Below, piece after piece: positions 58,941 to 64,000 of a stretch of 64,000 nucleotides of DNA. The DNA is taken from the NCBI GenBank assembly GCA_964016885.1, contig OZ024740.1, positions 341,496,001 to 341,560,000 on the forward strand. Direction: 5' to 3'. The translations under genes were made by a program, and so were the position numbers. The notes below the pieces were generated by a model. The model worked only from the letters and a program-made list of their open reading frames with translations. It was not told the origin of the DNA and made no database searches. The stretch comes from Eledone cirrhosa. Its lineage: Eukaryota. Positions within the stretch are counted from its first letter, which is position 1. Each line of letters opens with the position of its first letter.

Positions 58941-58972
58941 TCTCCTGATGAAGGGCTTATACCTGAAACGTC
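58941..58972 (+). ncRNA. Minimal hammerhead core of PLE type, stem I degenerate
   Basis: CTGATGA-agggcttatacct-GAAA-cg-TC. A very degraded GIY-YIG-like remnant may lie on minus at ~58070-58450. Confidence 0.5.
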
Positions 58973-59081
58973 GCCCCCCACCCCCTACTCTCAAGCACGA
59001 ACCTAATACCAACACTTTTCATACTGCACTCTTTGTTTTTTGTTTTTTACACCGTATATATATATATATATATGTATATGT

Positions 59082-59425
59082 GTCGGATGGAAGCTAAGAT
59101 GCTTCCATAGGCGGTATGCCGGTTGAGCACTCTATGCTCTTACAGAGCAGAGTATGGTATAATATAAAACGAAAAATCAGTGATGCATCTGAACTCAATT
59201 TATTGTGTATTACAATTGTTTCACCGGCGGAGAGCTCGAGACGCGATCATTATGTGGATCTGTCTGATTCTGGACCCGTAGGTTCGACGGACATGTCGAA
59301 CCTGCGGGTCCAGAATCAGACAGATCCACATAATGATCGCGTCTCGAGCTCTCCGCCGGTGAAACAATTGTAATACACAATAAATTGAGTTCAGATGCAT
59401 CACTGATTTTTCGTTTTATATTATA
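59082..59425. mobile_element. Fold-back PLE pLTR-like pair
   Basis: 131-bp arms at 59158-59288 and 59295-59425 (one mismatch), 6-nt spacer ggacat, 76-nt extra tail on the left. Contains the hammerhead 3' half GAAA-caattg-TA. (TA)n flanks. Confidence 0.8.
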
Positions 59426-59465
59426 TATATATATGTATCCTAGAAAGAAACCATATATATATATA

Positions 59466-61025
<1,560 letters not shown>

Positions 61026-64000
61026 TATAAATGTACACATATATATATATCATCATTCATCATTTGATACTTGTTTTCTCATGCTGGCTTGTAATATATA
61101 AAAGTTTAGACCACAAACACATATGCAATACTGAATGAAAGTAGTTGAGAATGAGAGACAAGGGATTATTTGAGAAATGTCTACTCTAATATTAACCACT
61201 AGCTCTATATCTAATATTATTGACAGTATCTCTATCAGTAAAAGTTATTTTTACATGAAATTCATTAGAGACACAAGAAAATATTATTAATATTATTAAA
61301 ATGTCTGAGTGTAGAAAATTAGAACACAGTCAACAGAGAAGAAGATGTAAAACCAGCTTAGACAACATGGCACTATAAACCAATAAAGGAGCCTTTATAT
61401 AGTCATGACCAGGTCTTCTTCAAATTTCACTGTACTGTTTTAAATAAGGAAGAACACATACATTAATGTAGTCTTAGATAACCCTAAAAGAACAGAAAAA
61501 CAAAACAAAAATAAATAGTCAGAGATGGAATGCCATTCTAGTTCTTGTTCAAGTTGACCTGGGGCTAATCAGCCACCAACATTTTGGCACTGCTTTAGAT
61601 GGCATCATGTCACAAGATTGAATATATTCTTGTCTTCAATGATTATTTTCTCTGATCATTTCAAAACTATTTTCTTTTTCTAACATGGGTGGGATGGGCT
61701 AAGAAATTTGAGAATTTACATTTTGTTCAGGCAACAACTTTTTACTATTTGGTGTTTTTTTTGTTACGTGAGTCAAATGTGTGAAAGATGTGAAACCTAT
61801 TAACGGTTAACTCTTTAGTATTTACATTATTCTACTATTATATTTTCATCCTAAAGGATTTATCTCACATTATCATCTTACATAATATGGAATCTACGAG
61901 ATATTGATGATGTTATTTATTTTGAGAACAATACCTTAATGTCAGTATGAGTGGCCAGTTATGGCTGGTTTGAGCAGAAAGAGGTGAGAGAATTCTGACC
62001 AGATATGGCTGATTTAAATGCTAAAGGGTTAATTATGTGTTGTGACTCATTCTGTCTCCAACTTTCTCATTTCACTCCAACACCTGCAATGTAGAGGAGA
62101 GGAAGATAACATAAATATCGGGACTTGACTGACCACTTCCTTTTCACACTGGTCACTGTCTCATGTCGTCAGGTGTCCTTTGGTGTCCTCAATCCTCAAG
62201 CTGCTGTTTTCTTCTGCATTATTGGGATGACTGCAGCCTACTTGAGGAAGAAGCCCCATGAGGTGGCGTGGCTGCTGCAGCAGATGTTGCTTGTATGTAC
62301 TATACATGCTCCTTTGATGAGTTGTTGTGCACCTGATCACTGTAAACAATAATTTTCATTATATATTTTCTGCAGCAATGCCTTTGTCATTCTGCTTACA
62401 AGGCATGGCTGAAACATACTGCCCAGTCTAGGGTATAGAGTCTATCACTCCCTTCCCTTTCCCCTATCTTTTGTTGCTTAATTTGTTATCTTTTTATTCC
62501 TTTTAGTCTCTATCTTTTTCGTTTCCTTATTATTGTTTATCTTGTACAGTTTATATGAAAATTGTCTGTTAGATGACTGTATATGATGCACCTTTCCCAG
62601 AGGTATAGCATAATAGTAGTAATGGTAAGATTTAACCCTTTAACATTTACATTACTCTATATTTACTATTGTATTTTCACGGTAAACACTTTATTTCACA
62701 TAATTATCTCACATGATATCGAATCTACGAGATTTTGATATTATTAATTTTGAGAACAATACCCTAACATAAGTATGAGCAGCTGGTTATGGCTGATTTG
62801 AACAGAAAGAGGTGAGAGAATTCTGGCTGGATATGGTCAGTTTAAATGCTAAGGGGTTAAATACATGAGTTTTTGGTCGCTATACCAGTACCTTAACCTC
62901 ACAACTCTTGTGTTTCATCATTGTTAACAGATTGTCTTGTGATATATTTGCACATGATTAAAGAATGCGTCTCTATTATAAAGTTATTTTATTTCACTGG
63001 CCATATAGGATGAGGGTATGAGTCACATAAACTGTATTGTATAGAAGTTTAAATGTAGAATCAAAGATATATTTCATCTAATGTAATAGTTGTATTATTA
63101 ATCCCGCCGAGGTTGACTTTGCCTTTCATCCTTACGGGGTCGATAAAATAAAGTACCAGTAATGCACTGGATAATTGCTGGCCTTGTGCCAAAAGTAGAA
63201 ACAATTATTAATACAGCTGCTGCTGCTCACATCCCTCACCATTTACAGTACACCAATAGACACTGTTTGCCTGTCTAGCTTATATACCACACACATATAA
63301 CATATCTATCTATCTATCTAGGGTGGGAAAATTCCCAAGATCCATGGACGAGTTCTCTCCTGCGGTCTCTGTCTCTCATTATCGCTGCCATGTCCTGCGT
63401 CTCCAAGAGACCAGTGTCTGTCCTTAGGGCATCAACATATGTTAACCTTCGTTACTGTAGTGGAGTCTGTGCTGCTGTCCGGGTCTGAGACTTGGACACT
63501 GACCAAGAAACTCACTCAGATGGTGGATGCCTGAGAATGCTGAGGATGGCTCTGAACATTAATCAATATACACTGAGGTTGAAGAACTCAGAGCTATACG
63601 GGAGCCTCCCAAAAGTGACACAGGAGACTGAGGTTAGCTGGACATGCTCACCGACATCCAGAGTTGACACTGCACTCAGTGCTCCTGTGGGAGCCCCTGC
63701 ATGGACACACTGGATGAAGAAGACCGGGGTTAACATATAACATATATACATCATCATCATCATCATCATCATCATCGTTTAACGTCCATGTTCCACGCTT
63801 GCATGGGTTTGGACGGGAGTTTTCCCACTTGAGGCAAGAGTGGTTGTCTTGCTCGCATAGGACTATCTGGCGGGTTTTCTACAGCTGGATGCCCTTCCTA
63901 ACACCAACCACATTTACAGTGTGGGACTGGGAGGTTTTTACCGTGTTGCCTACACGGCCACATTACAGCGTGGACTGTGTGTTTTTTGTCGTGACACCTA

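Overview
Non-genic, AT-rich, microsatellite-dense animal DNA. The SINE, RTE and MITE families look molluscan, probably a coleoid cephalopod (inference). No host gene could be supported. The window is a mosaic of Penelope-like elements (PLEs), RTE/CR1/CRE/R4/Tx1 LINE fragments, tRNA-derived SINEs, hAT/mariner/piggyBac MITEs and an 8.3-kb 39-bp minisatellite. The main structure is a 9.4-kb near-perfect palindrome (7964-17389, 6-nt spacer) of two head-to-head, 5'-truncated but uninterrupted RT+GIY-YIG PLE copies between (TA)n tracts. Each arm carries a type I hammerhead ribozyme fold with a 124-155-nt stem II. The same design recurs at least six times at smaller scale: an inverted pair in (TA)n, with one arm ending at a fixed internal point and the other carrying a fixed extra tail. 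About 14 hammerhead motifs, some with degenerate cores, were read by eye. Coordinates of degenerate elements are approximate.
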